NCBI GenBank assembly: GCA_038869735.1
Contig: JAWCQO010000001.1
Span: 8,684 to 72,683, forward strand
Direction: 5' to 3'
Origin: Candidatus Anstonellales archaeon
Lineage (GTDB): Archaea; Micrarchaeota; Micrarchaeia; Anstonellales; CG1-02-47-40
Length of the DNA: 64,000 nucleotides
The translations under genes and the position numbers were made by a program. Shown piece after piece: positions 10,212 through 20,125 of this stretch; within the stretch, counting starts at the first letter, position 1; every line of letters begins with the position of its first letter. The notes below the pieces were generated by a model, which did no database searches, was not told the origin of the DNA, and was given only the letters and a program-made list of their open reading frames with translations.

Positions 10212-11340
10212 CTTCAGAGATAAGCTTTTTTGCTACCTTTTGCACTTTTGCTACATCTTGCTTCTCACAACAGACAATTATCTTTAAGCGGAGCCGTTCT
10301 GCCTGAGAAAGGGAGCTGACCAACGGGGATAGTCTCTCAAGATTTACTATTTTTCCAGATTCATCCTCTATTTTAACATTTATTGTGCGCACAAAACTTT
10401 GGGGAAAATCGACTATGACAACAGTGTCTGATTCACTTTCAATTTCCTCTTCAATCTTCTTTATGTGGCTCAATGGAATTGATGATGAATCAGCAATAAA
10501 GGCTTTTTTGAATAATCTTCTTTCCTGAAGTTGAGTTATTATTCTCTTGCACTCTGACACATTTTTGAGAAAAAGAAGGACTTCGTCGTCTCCAGCAGAA
10601 AGGAGGAATTCTCTGTCAATAGCATTGTTACGTAGCGCTAGCGATAGTGCCCGTTGCAACATTGCTGATGCTATCCTTACAGTAGGGTGCATATAGACTG
10701 CAGAATACATAAGAAAGCGACCAAGGAGGAGTGATTCTGCGGCTGCAAGTGCTCCATATTTTAGGTACAACCCGTCCTTATCAAAAGCGCATGTTGAGAT
10801 AATTCTTTCTTTATCTATAACTCCATAAGCCACGCCTGTGTAGTGCGCATCTCTCAGAAGGTAATCCATTCTGTCGGAGCCTATGTCCGAGCTGATCAAA
10901 CTGCCCGAGGAATTAGAAAAAGAGAGTTGTGATATCTCCTTTGGATCCCAGTTCTCTTTAAGTATATCAGATATTTCTCCTTTTTCAATTCTTTTTCTTC
11001 CGATTGTTTCATGGCTTCCAAGGAATTCTTTTGTTACTGCTTCAGATTCGTGGGAGAAGCAAATGTGTCCTATGTCGTGGAGGAGGGATGAGAGGCGGAT
11101 TTTTTCTTTTTCCTCTCTAGAAATGCCACAAGACTGACAAAGTCTTTCAGCAAGCTCCATTGTTCCAAGAGAGTGCTCAAACCGTGTATGATTTGCTCCA
11201 GGATAAACCAGATGGGCCATAGCAAGCTGTCTTATTTTTCTCAGTCTTTGCATTGATGGGGAGTCTAAAAGCCTTTTTTCAGTTTCTGTTAGCTGAATGT
11301 CTCCATGAATAGGGTCACGGATTGTTAAATGTGATGGCAT
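10183..11340 (-). CDS. HD-domain phosphohydrolase, SAMHD1/dNTPase-like
   Basis: IRDPIHG, QRLRKIRQL, HTRFEHSLG, HDIGH, DRMDYLLRD. Confidence 0.88.
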   Translation of the reverse strand: MPSHLTIRDPIHGDIQLTETEKRLLDSPSMQRLRKIRQLAMAHLVYPGANHTRFEHSLGTMELAERLCQSCGISREEKEKIRLSSLLHDIGHICFSHESEAVTKEFLGSHETIGRKRIEKGEISDILKENWDPKEISQLSFSNSSGSLISSDIGSDRMDYLLRDAHYTGVAYGVIDKERIISTCAFDKDGLYLKYGALAAAESLLLGRFLMYSAVYMHPTVRIASAMLQRALSLALRNNAIDREFLLSAGDDEVLLFLKNVSECKRIITQLQERRLFKKAFIADSSSIPLSHIKKIEEEIESESDTVVIVDFPQSFVRTINVKIEDESGKIVNLERLSPLVSSLSQAERLRLKIIVCCEKQDVAKVQKVAKKLISEAILPDNLRF

Positions 11341-11341
11341 A

Positions 11342-12097
11342 TTAAACAACTTGATAAAACCCTTTCTTTTTTTCTAAAATCTCTCCTTTTTCAGAGAGGA
11401 ATGCGAGCATAACGCGGCATGCATCTTGATTTAAGTGAAGATCCTGTGAGAGCTGCTCTACAGTTTTGGGGGCAGAGGAAAGGGAGTTTATAAAGATGGG
11501 GGAATGGATTTCATAAAAAGTACGCGTTGCTAGGTAGAGGCGTTTGTCAAAACCGATTGTACCAAGTAAGTCACCTCTTTTTATAAGCTCACGCATCTGA
11601 TTGTCTTGAAGTCTTTCTATTTCGGATGCCTCTAAAATGGCGTACTCCTTCCCTCCAAGTATAGGTGGAAGAAACTCCTTTTTTTCGGAGGTATCTTCAG
11701 GCTGCGGCTGGCTGTCTGTCCCTAACCTATATGCAGTCTCAGAGATGTTATAAACACCTTCCTTAGAATATTTTCCTTTTTTGAAGAGCCATACGGCTCT
11801 TTTTTCAAGTAAGGATGAAAGGACCTTTTTTTCTTCACTCGATAATATCTTTGATACGACCGAAGGTGTTCTATTTTCAAACTTAATTTTCGATAGTTTG
11901 TATATAACTGCCAACTCGATGGGGCTTAATTGGGTCGATGATGTCTCTTTTTTGGATTCTTCAAACGCGCTTATTGAGAGGAGGTAAAAGCCACCTTTTA
12001 GATGAAAAAATTCTACGTCTTCGGTGGGATTCAAGTCTACGCCTTCTGGAAGCTCAAGCAATGTGCGCTTTCCCTCTTTTATTATTTTTATTTTGAT
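11342..12097 (-). CDS. Hypothetical protein with AbrB-like N-terminus and winged-helix C-terminus
   Basis: Frame open back to ATC at 12097, 5 nt after SD GAGGGTGA; C-terminal TVEQLSQDLHLNQDACRVMLAFLSEKGEI resembles a wHTH. Confidence 0.55.
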   Translation of the reverse strand: MKIKIIKEGKRTLLELPEGVDLNPTEDVEFFHLKGGFYLLSISAFEESKKETSSTQLSPIELAVIYKLSKIKFENRTPSVVSKILSSEEKKVLSSLLEKRAVWLFKKGKYSKEGVYNISETAYRLGTDSQPQPEDTSEKKEFLPPILGGKEYAILEASEIERLQDNQMRELIKRGDLLGTIGFDKRLYLATRTFYEIHSPIFINSLSSAPKTVEQLSQDLHLNQDACRVMLAFLSEKGEILEKKKGFYQVV

Positions 12098-12776
12098 TTA
12101 AATCACCCTCATAGAAAAGGCCCAGATGGTAGGTGAAAGGAATGGATGTATACACCTCATATTTTTTTATTTTGCCATACGGTTCTTCTTCTGCAAATAT
12201 TTCAGCAGAAAAAGAGTAGAACTCCACCTCCCCTTTTCTCCAAGAATCTGCCTCAATCCCCGCTTTTGTGCAACAGTGAGAAAGGAATTCTTCCTCGTTC
12301 CATCCTTGTTCATAAGCCACTTGAGGTAAGAGAATGCCGAACCGACCTCTGCTCATTGCTATTAAACCATCGCGACCTATCTTTATTTTCGTTGGATAAT
12401 CGCTTGGCTTTTCAACGACCACTTTTTTTGGCACGGTTAGAACGCTTATTTCTATTAATATTTTATGGAGTTCCAAGGAAGTGAGAGGAGGAAAACGAAA
12501 ATCCAAAAATGCTGAAGCAAGGGTATTTTCAACTACAGCGTCGCAGAGGGGCATTTGTGGAAAGGGGTGACCAATACACCCGCGAAGCTCTTTTAAAGGA
12601 TAGCTCTTTAGAGTCACAAAAACTCCCCTTTTCTCTCCGAGAATCCCATCTCTTCTATCAGGATTTAGTTTTTCTCCTCTTTTAAAGTATTCTTCCAACG
12701 TTCTTCTTGCTAATTGAATTAGGTATGCTCCCTCTTCAAAAGAGAGATTTCCCTCCCCCATATTGATTCTTTTCAA
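12054..12776 (-). CDS. AMMECR1-domain protein
   Basis: GVFVTL, LRGCIG, DFRFPPL, EISVLT, GILLPQVA, KAG. Confidence 0.92.
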   Translation of the reverse strand: MKRINMGEGNLSFEEGAYLIQLARRTLEEYFKRGEKLNPDRRDGILGEKRGVFVTLKSYPLKELRGCIGHPFPQMPLCDAVVENTLASAFLDFRFPPLTSLELHKILIEISVLTVPKKVVVEKPSDYPTKIKIGRDGLIAMSRGRFGILLPQVAYEQGWNEEEFLSHCCTKAGIEADSWRKGEVEFYSFSAEIFAEEEPYGKIKKYEVYTSIPFTYHLGLFYEGDLNQNKNNKRGKAHIA

Positions 12777-12933
12777 TGCAATCTTTAAATGGATTGAGAT
12801 ATGTGCTTAAAAGTTAAAACGGTATATATCTAAACTGGAGGCAGATTATAAGAAAAGAAAAAACAGAGAACGAAAAAGAAAGAGGACGTTTCCGGAAGAA
12901 GGAATGAGCTGGAGACTTAGAACTGCTCTATGG

Positions 12934-13023
12934 TTAATACTCTTCATCCTCTTCTTCGTCTTCCCAAGTATCTTCGTAGTCATCATCCTCATAGTCTTCT
13001 TCCTCATCCTCTTCATCAAACAT
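12934..13023 (-). CDS. 29-aa polyacidic microprotein
   Basis: MFDEEDEEEDYEDDDYEDTWEDEEEDEEY; SD GAGGTGA 6 nt before ATG; BRE/TATA-like element upstream, T-rich tract downstream. Confidence 0.75.
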   Translation of the reverse strand: MFDEEDEEEDYEDDDYEDTWEDEEEDEEY

Positions 13024-13107
13024 GTGGTCTCACCTCTTTAGGGGTTTTTAGAAAAGAAAAGGTTAAAATAGCTTTCCTAAAAGAAGTTTTAAGAAGTATG
13101 ATGAGAT

Positions 13108-13743
13108 ATGTTCACGCGAATAAAAACTGCTATAAGAATGTTATTATCTGCACTCTTTAAAAGTAAAAAAAAGCAGATAGCTCTTGGATTTTATGGCTCT
13201 CCCAACGCTGGAAAAACGACTCTCGCAAATCGGATATGTATGGATTTTGTTGGTGAGCCTATTGGGGAAGTTTCAGTTATACCTCACGAAACGCGTGTCG
13301 TACAAAAAAAGGAAAAAATTAAGATGAGGATCAACGGACACCAGCTGGTAATGGATATATTGGATATGCCGGGAGTAGCAGTAAAGGTTGATTATAGGGA
13401 CTTTATGGCGTACGGCTTATCAGCAAGAGAAGCACAGGCGCGAGCAAAAGAAGCCACAAGAGGCATTATTGAAGCAATTAAGTATCTTGAAGAGGTGGAT
13501 GCAGCTCTAGTTATTATGGACGCATGCGAGGAGCCATATAACCAAATCAATGCAACTATTTTAGGTAATCTTGAAGCAAGGAATATCCCACTTCTTATAG
13601 TGGCAAACAAAATGGATAAGGTAGAGGCAAACTCACAGAGAATTCGGGAGGTCTTCCCTCAATATCCAGTCGTTGAAATTTCTGCACTCACTGGAAAAAA
13701 TATAGATGTACTTTACTCAGAAATTTTAAAGAGGCTTGCATAA
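13108..13743 (+). CDS. Era-like small GTPase (OapA/ArvA family)
   Basis: GSPNAGKTT, PHETR, DMPG, NKMD, SAL; RAKEATRGIIEAIK segment. Confidence 0.85.
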   Translation: MFTRIKTAIRMLLSALFKSKKKQIALGFYGSPNAGKTTLANRICMDFVGEPIGEVSVIPHETRVVQKKEKIKMRINGHQLVMDILDMPGVAVKVDYRDFMAYGLSAREAQARAKEATRGIIEAIKYLEEVDAALVIMDACEEPYNQINATILGNLEARNIPLLIVANKMDKVEANSQRIREVFPQYPVVEISALTGKNIDVLYSEILKRLA

Positions 13744-13798
13744 AAATTAGAGCAACTTTAAAATTAAATTTAATAACTCTTCTTGACTAAAATGTAAC

Positions 13799-14107
13799 AT
13801 GCACAAATGTCTTAGATGCGGAAAGTTGATTAAAAACATAGAAGAAGCAGAAGAAGGGTGTCGTTGTGGTTCAAAGGTCTTTTTATTTCAGGGTAAAAAA
13901 GAAATCGATGATGTGGGGGATGCTGAATGGATAGAAAAAGAGTTGACAAAGAGATTTGGGACTGACGGACACGCCATCGTGCTTGATTTAGAAAATGTAA
14001 GAATGAAGTCACGTGGGGTTTTTGAATTGAATATTAATTCTCTTATGAAAAACGACCCGATAGTAGTTAAGGATACAAATGGAGTTTATTATATAAAACT
14101 ACCATAA
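13799..14107 (+). CDS. Zn-ribbon protein (OapC/DUF2072 family)
   Basis: MHKCLRCG..GCRCGSKVFLF, ENVRMKSRGVFELNINSL, GVYYIKLP. Confidence 0.8.
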   Translation: MHKCLRCGKLIKNIEEAEEGCRCGSKVFLFQGKKEIDDVGDAEWIEKELTKRFGTDGHAIVLDLENVRMKSRGVFELNINSLMKNDPIVVKDTNGVYYIKLP

Positions 14108-14357
14108 CAGCAATTTTTGTACTTTAAGAGATGACGAGATGATATTGGGGGGGGAAATAAGGCATCAGAACAAAAAACATCTAAATACGATAGAAAATTA
14201 CTTCAACGTGTTGTTGAGCATATTCGGAACTTAGAAGCAATCCTACAATGGACAGAGTCTGTGAGTGAGCAGGAATATCAAAAGAGAAGATAGAGAAACT
14301 AAACGAATGGAGAATAGCTGAGGAAAGACTTTTTGCCTTGCGCGGGGAGAGAATCTT

Positions 14358-15848
14358 GTGCAGTTGTCATCTTTCAAAAAAAGTCTGAGAAACGGTTCAA
14401 ATCCGAAGAAAGAGATAAGAAGCATTCGTATGGAGCGTCTTTATTACTTGTTGAAAGAAAAGATAATAAATGAAAATGAAACGATACCAACGAATATGTT
14501 GCTTGCTAGGAAAACGAACGTAATGCGAAGTACAGTCTCATCTGTATTTGAGCTATTTCCTCAACTTGAAAGAGTAAGAGGATGGAAAATCCTCAAGATG
14601 CCTCTTGTCCAATTCAGGAAAGGACTTGAAATCAGACACCCATGGACAAAGGAGTATGAATGGGTCGAGAAACGCTTTGCCCATGAGGTTGTTATGGCAA
14701 TAAACAAGTTGAAGTCTGTTCCTTCAGAAGTTGCAATCAGCAGGCAGTTGGGATTCGCGAAGAGAGGTATTGTAATGAGCTTTTTTAACAGAATAAGTAC
14801 AAGAAAAGATGAAAATTACAAAAAGATAAAGAAGGCGATGATAAGGAGGTTTGATTCTCTTTCTCATGATGAGCTTTTAAAGATTCTTTCAAAAATCACA
14901 AAACCAAATCCCATCCTTGCAGCGGTTAGAGATGAATTCATGAGAAGGGAGGTTAATAGGATTCTGATGCAAAGCACTATTCCGCTCACACTACGACAAT
15001 TATCAAAAGAGATTAGGGTTACTTATGATGAATTTCAAGGATTTGTATCAAGAAATTCGGATATTAGGGAGATAGTTAGGCAAAAAAACGCAAGCTTGCT
15101 TTCTGACTCAATTTTAAAAGGTGAAAGACCGGGTATGATTGCTAGGAGGTTTCAAATAGACTTACGACAAGTTCTTACTGCATTAAAGGGGATAAAACCC
15201 AGTGACGTAATGATACATGTAACAAGAAATGTGACGAAGGAGGAAGCAATATCTATGGCTGCGGATATCTTCTCCTCCTTTTTTCAACTTTCGGTGCCCC
15301 GGCGTTTATGGGACCCGAGCAATAGAGGAATCTTGGAAATGGCTCGGCACAAATTTGATAGGACAAGTAAGGGGGGAGATATAAAAATCGTAGGCAATGC
15401 AGAAGTTGAGAAAGCGAATTTTGTGATTGTAATTCCTCCTTTTTTTGAGGAAAAAACTCTTATTGATGCCATAAATTTGTTGGACAGTGGCTCTTTAGTG
15501 ATATTTGCGATTCCAAAAAAGATGGAGGTAAATAAGGACGTATTGGGTGCCTTAGAAGAAAGGGGATTTGAATGCAAGGTAAGGGAATTTAGATGGTTTA
15601 ACGGCCTCGAAAGCGAAATAAAAAAGGTAGTTGTAATGATAAAAAAAAGCGAGGATGCGAGGCTTGAAACATTACCACTAATGTTCAAAAAACAGATGGA
15701 AGTCGTGGAGGATTCAAAAGAGAAAATGAGGATATTTTTGAAGAGGATAAGAGGAGAGGAAGCGGAGTTTACACATCAAGCAAAATACGGATTGAACAGC
15801 GGCCCTCTCCCTCATTTATCTGAAGTTCATGGAAAGTTACAGCCTTAA
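14358..15848 (+). CDS. Multi-HTH protein with degenerate methyltransferase-like C-terminal domain
   Basis: Four HTH-like segments; LWDPS, VIVIPPF and LLDSGSLVIFAIP motifs; true start uncertain. Confidence 0.55.
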   Translation: MQLSSFKKSLRNGSNPKKEIRSIRMERLYYLLKEKIINENETIPTNMLLARKTNVMRSTVSSVFELFPQLERVRGWKILKMPLVQFRKGLEIRHPWTKEYEWVEKRFAHEVVMAINKLKSVPSEVAISRQLGFAKRGIVMSFFNRISTRKDENYKKIKKAMIRRFDSLSHDELLKILSKITKPNPILAAVRDEFMRREVNRILMQSTIPLTLRQLSKEIRVTYDEFQGFVSRNSDIREIVRQKNASLLSDSILKGERPGMIARRFQIDLRQVLTALKGIKPSDVMIHVTRNVTKEEAISMAADIFSSFFQLSVPRRLWDPSNRGILEMARHKFDRTSKGGDIKIVGNAEVEKANFVIVIPPFFEEKTLIDAINLLDSGSLVIFAIPKKMEVNKDVLGALEERGFECKVREFRWFNGLESEIKKVVVMIKKSEDARLETLPLMFKKQMEVVEDSKEKMRIFLKRIRGEEAEFTHQAKYGLNSGPLPHLSEVHGKLQP

Positions 15849-16203
15849 CAGCGTTTCTAGGGCGCTTTTTTTCTCCATACGCTATTGCGAATAACTCAAA
15901 ATTCTGAGTGTCCAACGTTTGCACTTTTACACGCGAAAAAACTATGTCTCTTATTTCGGACTCTGATAATAAAGTCTCAAGAAATCTCACAACCAATGAT
16001 TCTTTGTTTTCACCCTTTACATGAACATTAATCTTTCTCTTTTCTTTTGCGTTACCAATCACGGAGAACATTGCCTTTGCGGCGTTTTCCAGTGCTTCTT
16101 TGAAATCTCGTCCGTATGCTTCATAAAGGATATCTGCTGTGTGGTCAAAAAAACGGTATTTAGGTGTCTTAATGGAGGGCATAAGGAAGGGGCACCTCGT
16201 CAT
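15769..16203 (-). CDS. Archease
   Basis: YRFFDHTAD, VKAVTFH, ILLDV. Confidence 0.93.
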   Translation of the reverse strand: MTRCPFLMPSIKTPKYRFFDHTADILYEAYGRDFKEALENAAKAMFSVIGNAKEKRKINVHVKGENKESLVVRFLETLLSESEIRDIVFSRVKVQTLDTQNFELFAIAYGEKKRPRNAVKAVTFHELQINEGEGRCSIRILLDV

Positions 16204-16208
16204 TTTTC

Positions 16209-17471
16209 CTATGCTCTATATAGATGAGGGTAAAGTGGGAAGTTTTTTGTAAGTTCAATTACCTCGTTTCTTACTCTTCGTTTAGTTTCTTCATCTTTCC
16301 AGTTGTTAATAACTTTTGAGATAAGTCTTCCTATCTCTTTCATCTCGCTTTCTCTCATTCCTCGGGTAGTTAGAGCTGGAGTTCCAAGTCTTATTCCTGA
16401 CGGATCAAGTGGACTTCTTTTATCAAATGGGATTGTGTTTTTGTTGCACGTGATACCTGCCTCATCTAATGCCGCTGCTGCTTCCTTTCCAGAGAGGCCT
16501 TTGTTTGTTAGGTCTACTAAGATAAGGTGATTGTCTGTTCCGCCGGAGACTAGAGAGAAGCCATTGGAGATGAGCTCATCCGCAAGAGCTTTGGCATTTT
16601 TGACTATTTGCCTTGAGTATTCTTTAAAGTCAGGAGTTAGCGCTTCCCCAAAAGCTACTGCCATTGCTGCAGTGGTGTGGTTGTGAGGGCCTCCCTGCAT
16701 TCCGGGAAATACTGCGCGATCTATTTCCTTTGAGAATTTGTCCTTGCAGATTATTATTGCTCCCCGAGGACCTCGTAAGGTTTTGTGAGTAGTCGTCATT
16801 ACTATATCCGTAGCTGGGAGAGGTGAAGGATGAACACCTCCGATTATTAGACCTGCTATGTGAGAGACATCTGCGAGGGAATATGCTCCAACTTCTTGAG
16901 CTATTTCTGCGAATTGGTTGAAATCTATTTTTCGTGGATAGGCAGTAGCGCCTGAAACGATTAGCTTTGGTTTTTCTTTCAGGGCGATTTTTCTTACTTC
17001 GTCATAATCTATTAAGTGCGTCTCTTTATCAACGCCATATGAAACGACACTATATGCCCTTCCTGAAAAGTTAACCTTGTGTCCGTGAGTGAGATGCCCT
17101 CCTTGAGTAAGAGACATTCCCATTATTTTATCTCCAAAGTTTAGTAAAGCAAAGTATATTTCTAGATTTGCAGGTGAGCCAGAGTAGGGTTGAACGTTTA
17201 TGTGTTCTGCCCCCTTAAATAGGAGTTTTGCTCTTGAAATTGCGAGGTTTTCTATTTTGTCTATGAATACATTCCCCTCGTAGTAGCGGTTGCCAGGATA
17301 GCCTTCAGAATATTTATTGGTGAGAGGGGAACCCATTGCTTCCATTACTGCCCGCGAAACGAAGTTTTCTGATGGGATTAGTCCGAGACACTCTTCTTGC
17401 CTCTTTATTTCATCCATCATCATAGTATATAGTTCTAAATCCTGTTTTTGAATAGATTCAAGGGCACACAT
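16209..17471 (-). CDS. glyA: Serine hydroxymethyltransferase
   Basis: [36 protein letters not shown]. Confidence 0.97.
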   Translation of the reverse strand: MCALESIQKQDLELYTMMMDEIKRQEECLGLIPSENFVSRAVMEAMGSPLTNKYSEGYPGNRYYEGNVFIDKIENLAISRAKLLFKGAEHINVQPYSGSPANLEIYFALLNFGDKIMGMSLTQGGHLTHGHKVNFSGRAYSVVSYGVDKETHLIDYDEVRKIALKEKPKLIVSGATAYPRKIDFNQFAEIAQEVGAYSLADVSHIAGLIIGGVHPSPLPATDIVMTTTHKTLRGPRGAIIICKDKFSKEIDRAVFPGMQGGPHNHTTAAMAVAFGEALTPDFKEYSRQIVKNAKALADELISNGFSLVSGGTDNHLILVDLTNKGLSGKEAAAALDEAGITCNKNTIPFDKRSPLDPSGIRLGTPALTTRGMRESEMKEIGRLISKVINNWKDEETKRRVRNEVIELTKNFPLYPHLYRA

Positions 17472-17526
17472 TGCGTTTAAGCTATATCTTGGAATGTTTA
17501 TATTAATTCCTTTTACTAATATTTTT

Positions 17527-18372
17527 ATGGCAAAGATACTCGATGGAAGGGCAATTTCTAAAAAAATAATTAGTGATGTTGCATTGGAAATTAAAAATGA
17601 AAGAGCAAAAATAACCTTAGCTGTCGTTTTGGTAGGAGAAGATGCTGCATCAAAAATATACGTAAGGAAAAAGGAAGAAGCATGTAGGGAGGCAGGGATT
17701 ATATCAATAAGACGAGAACTCCCCTCAAATACGTCGGAGGATGCTCTTTTGAAATTGATATCTGAACTTAATTTTGACAGAAAGGTAGATGGGATATTGG
17801 TTCAACTTCCGCTTCCCCCACATATAAATGAGCGACATATTTGCTCAGCAATTGCGCCTGAAAAGGACGTTGATTGCGCTAATCCTGAAAACGTGGGGAA
17901 GTTCTATCTTGGTGAATTCTCACTTGCTCCTTGCACGCCAAAAGGAATAATAGAGCTTTTAGAGAGTTATAAAATTAATTTAGCAGGAAAAAGTGTTAGC
18001 ATAATTGGGAGAAGCAACACTGTTGGAAAGCCCCTTGCAATGATGATGCTTTCAAGAGACGCTACAGTAACAATAGCTCACTCTAAGACAAAGAATTTGG
18101 AAAAGCATACTGCTAATGCAGATGTTGTTGTTTCTGCTACTGGAAAAATTGGACTTATAAAAGGCGAGATGATTAAAAGAGGAGCGATCGTGGTTGACGT
18201 AGGGATCAACAGAGTTGGAAAAAAAGTATATGGAGACGTAGATTTTGAGTCTGCTTCTAAAAAAGCTGGATGGATAAGCCCGGTTCCTGGAGGAGTTGGA
18301 CCAATGACAGTTGCTGCTCTGATTCAGAACACTTACTACCTATGGAAAAGATATCATGGCACACAGGTGTAG
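17527..18372 (+). CDS. folD: Methylene-THF dehydrogenase/cyclohydrolase
   Basis: [41 protein letters not shown]. Confidence 0.96.
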   Translation: MAKILDGRAISKKIISDVALEIKNERAKITLAVVLVGEDAASKIYVRKKEEACREAGIISIRRELPSNTSEDALLKLISELNFDRKVDGILVQLPLPPHINERHICSAIAPEKDVDCANPENVGKFYLGEFSLAPCTPKGIIELLESYKINLAGKSVSIIGRSNTVGKPLAMMMLSRDATVTIAHSKTKNLEKHTANADVVVSATGKIGLIKGEMIKRGAIVVDVGINRVGKKVYGDVDFESASKKAGWISPVPGGVGPMTVAALIQNTYYLWKRYHGTQV

Positions 18373-18378
18373 AGTAAC

Positions 18379-19554
18379 ATGTACAAAAGTGCAAAGGGGA
18401 GGATACTTTCACTTAGTGGACAAGGTATGAAATTTGGACTTGGAAGAATCAAGAAGGCATGCAAACTTCTTGGGCATCCAGAAAAAAAAATTTTGTGTAT
18501 ACACGTTTGCGGGACTGTTGGAAAAGGTTCGACTACTGCCATGATAGCATCTATTTTGAAAGAAGCTGGATTTAGAGTGGGCGAATTTTATTCTCCACAT
18601 ATTTTGAGTTATAATGAAAGGATACAGATAAATGGTAAACCCATAAGCGATAAGGATATTGAAGAGTTATATTCTGACATTGCAAAGCTTCCTGTAAGGC
18701 TTACTTTCTTTGAGTTTACTACCCTCCTTGCCCTCCTTTATTTTGTAAAGAAAAGATGTGACTTTGCAGTGTTGGAGGCAGGATTAGGAGGAAGGTTGGA
18801 TGCCACGCGTGTGGCTGGTGGTAAGTATTGCGTAATTACAAGAATAGACTATGACCACACACGGATTCTTGGAGAGAGTTTAGAGGAGATAGCGTATGAG
18901 AAATGCGGATTGATTGATAAAGGAGCAATAGTTGTTACGATAAAACAAAGAAGAAGTGTGATGGAGACAATAAGAAAACAATGTATGAAAAGAAATGCTA
19001 AGTTTATAGTTTCCGAAGAACTGCCAGATAATTTTCAATTGAAACTATGCGGTTCTTTTCAAAGAGAAAATGCTGGACTTGCCAGAACTCTTGGGATTGA
19101 AATTGGAATAGAGGAGGAGAGTATAAGAAGAGGATTAAAAAATGCATTTGTGCCGGCTAGAATGCAGAGACTCGAAAAACAGGTACTTATTGATTCTGCA
19201 CATAATCCTGTTGGTATAAAGGCACTTGTAAAAGAACTTGAAAAAATGAAGTTTGAAAAACTCACGGTTCTGTTTTCTGCAATGAAAGATAAGGATTATG
19301 CAAGTGAGATAAAAATTCTTGGAAAGAAAGCGGATACGTTTATCTCTACAAACGTTCCTATCAAAAGAGGCGAGAGTCACGAGAAACTTTATAACGAAGC
19401 AAAGAAGTATTGTAAAAGATTAATAGGTGTAAAGAATCCAAAGATGGGATTTGAAATTGCCAAGGGCATTTTAGGAAAGAATGACTTAGTTGTGGTAAGC
19501 GGTTCTATGTATCTTCTATCGGAAATTTTTGGGAAAGAGGGAGTGGGGATGTGA
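18379..19554 (+). CDS. folC: Folylpolyglutamate synthase/dihydrofolate synthase
   Basis: HVCGTVGKGST, SPH, TFFE, EAGLGGRLDAT, DSAHN, GSMYL. Confidence 0.93.
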   Translation: MYKSAKGRILSLSGQGMKFGLGRIKKACKLLGHPEKKILCIHVCGTVGKGSTTAMIASILKEAGFRVGEFYSPHILSYNERIQINGKPISDKDIEELYSDIAKLPVRLTFFEFTTLLALLYFVKKRCDFAVLEAGLGGRLDATRVAGGKYCVITRIDYDHTRILGESLEEIAYEKCGLIDKGAIVVTIKQRRSVMETIRKQCMKRNAKFIVSEELPDNFQLKLCGSFQRENAGLARTLGIEIGIEEESIRRGLKNAFVPARMQRLEKQVLIDSAHNPVGIKALVKELEKMKFEKLTVLFSAMKDKDYASEIKILGKKADTFISTNVPIKRGESHEKLYNEAKKYCKRLIGVKNPKMGFEIAKGILGKNDLVVVSGSMYLLSEIFGKEGVGM

Positions 19555-19555
19555 G

Positions 19556-20125
19556 ATGAAAAACGAAATAAGAAAAAGAATGAAAGAATTAAGAAAGCTC
19601 CAAACCGAATCTCAGATAATAAAGAAGAGCCATAAAATCGAGGAAAAACTTTTTTCTCTCCCGGAATTTCTAAAATCAAAAAAAGTAATGTTTTATCTCT
19701 CAAAGAGAGATGAGGTAAGAACAGAGAAGATGGTATTGAGAAGCATTTCTGATGGGAAGGCCGTATTTCTCCCTAAAACTGACATTAAAAAGAAGGAGAT
19801 GAGAGTATATGAAATAAGCTCTCTTGATCAGTTAGTAATGGGGCCGTATGGGGTTCTAGAACCGCAGGCTCTCGGTAAGGATGCCGAACCAAAAAATATT
19901 GAATGTGTAGTTGTACCGGGGATTGCGTTTGATGTACATGGAAACAGAATTGGACATGGACTTGGATACTACGACAAGTTCTTGAAAAAAGTAGGGAAGG
20001 ATACCTGCTTGATAGGACTGGGGTTTGATTTTCAGATTGTAGGAATTAAAATTCCAACACAGCATTACGACGTTAAGATGAATTTTGTGGTTACAGAAAA
20101 AAGGGTAATTAGGTGTGAGAGATGA
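19556..20125 (+). CDS. 5-formyltetrahydrofolate cyclo-ligase
   Basis: VVPGIAFD, GNRIGHGLGYYDKFL. Confidence 0.93.
   Translation: MKNEIRKRMKELRKLQTESQIIKKSHKIEEKLFSLPEFLKSKKVMFYLSKRDEVRTEKMVLRSISDGKAVFLPKTDIKKKEMRVYEISSLDQLVMGPYGVLEPQALGKDAEPKNIECVVVPGIAFDVHGNRIGHGLGYYDKFLKKVGKDTCLIGLGFDFQIVGIKIPTQHYDVKMNFVVTEKRVIRCER

Noticed and set aside
12930..13160. His/Leu/Pro-rich 76-aa + strand ORF
   Set aside because: Antisense shadow of the acidic microprotein, which has the expression signals
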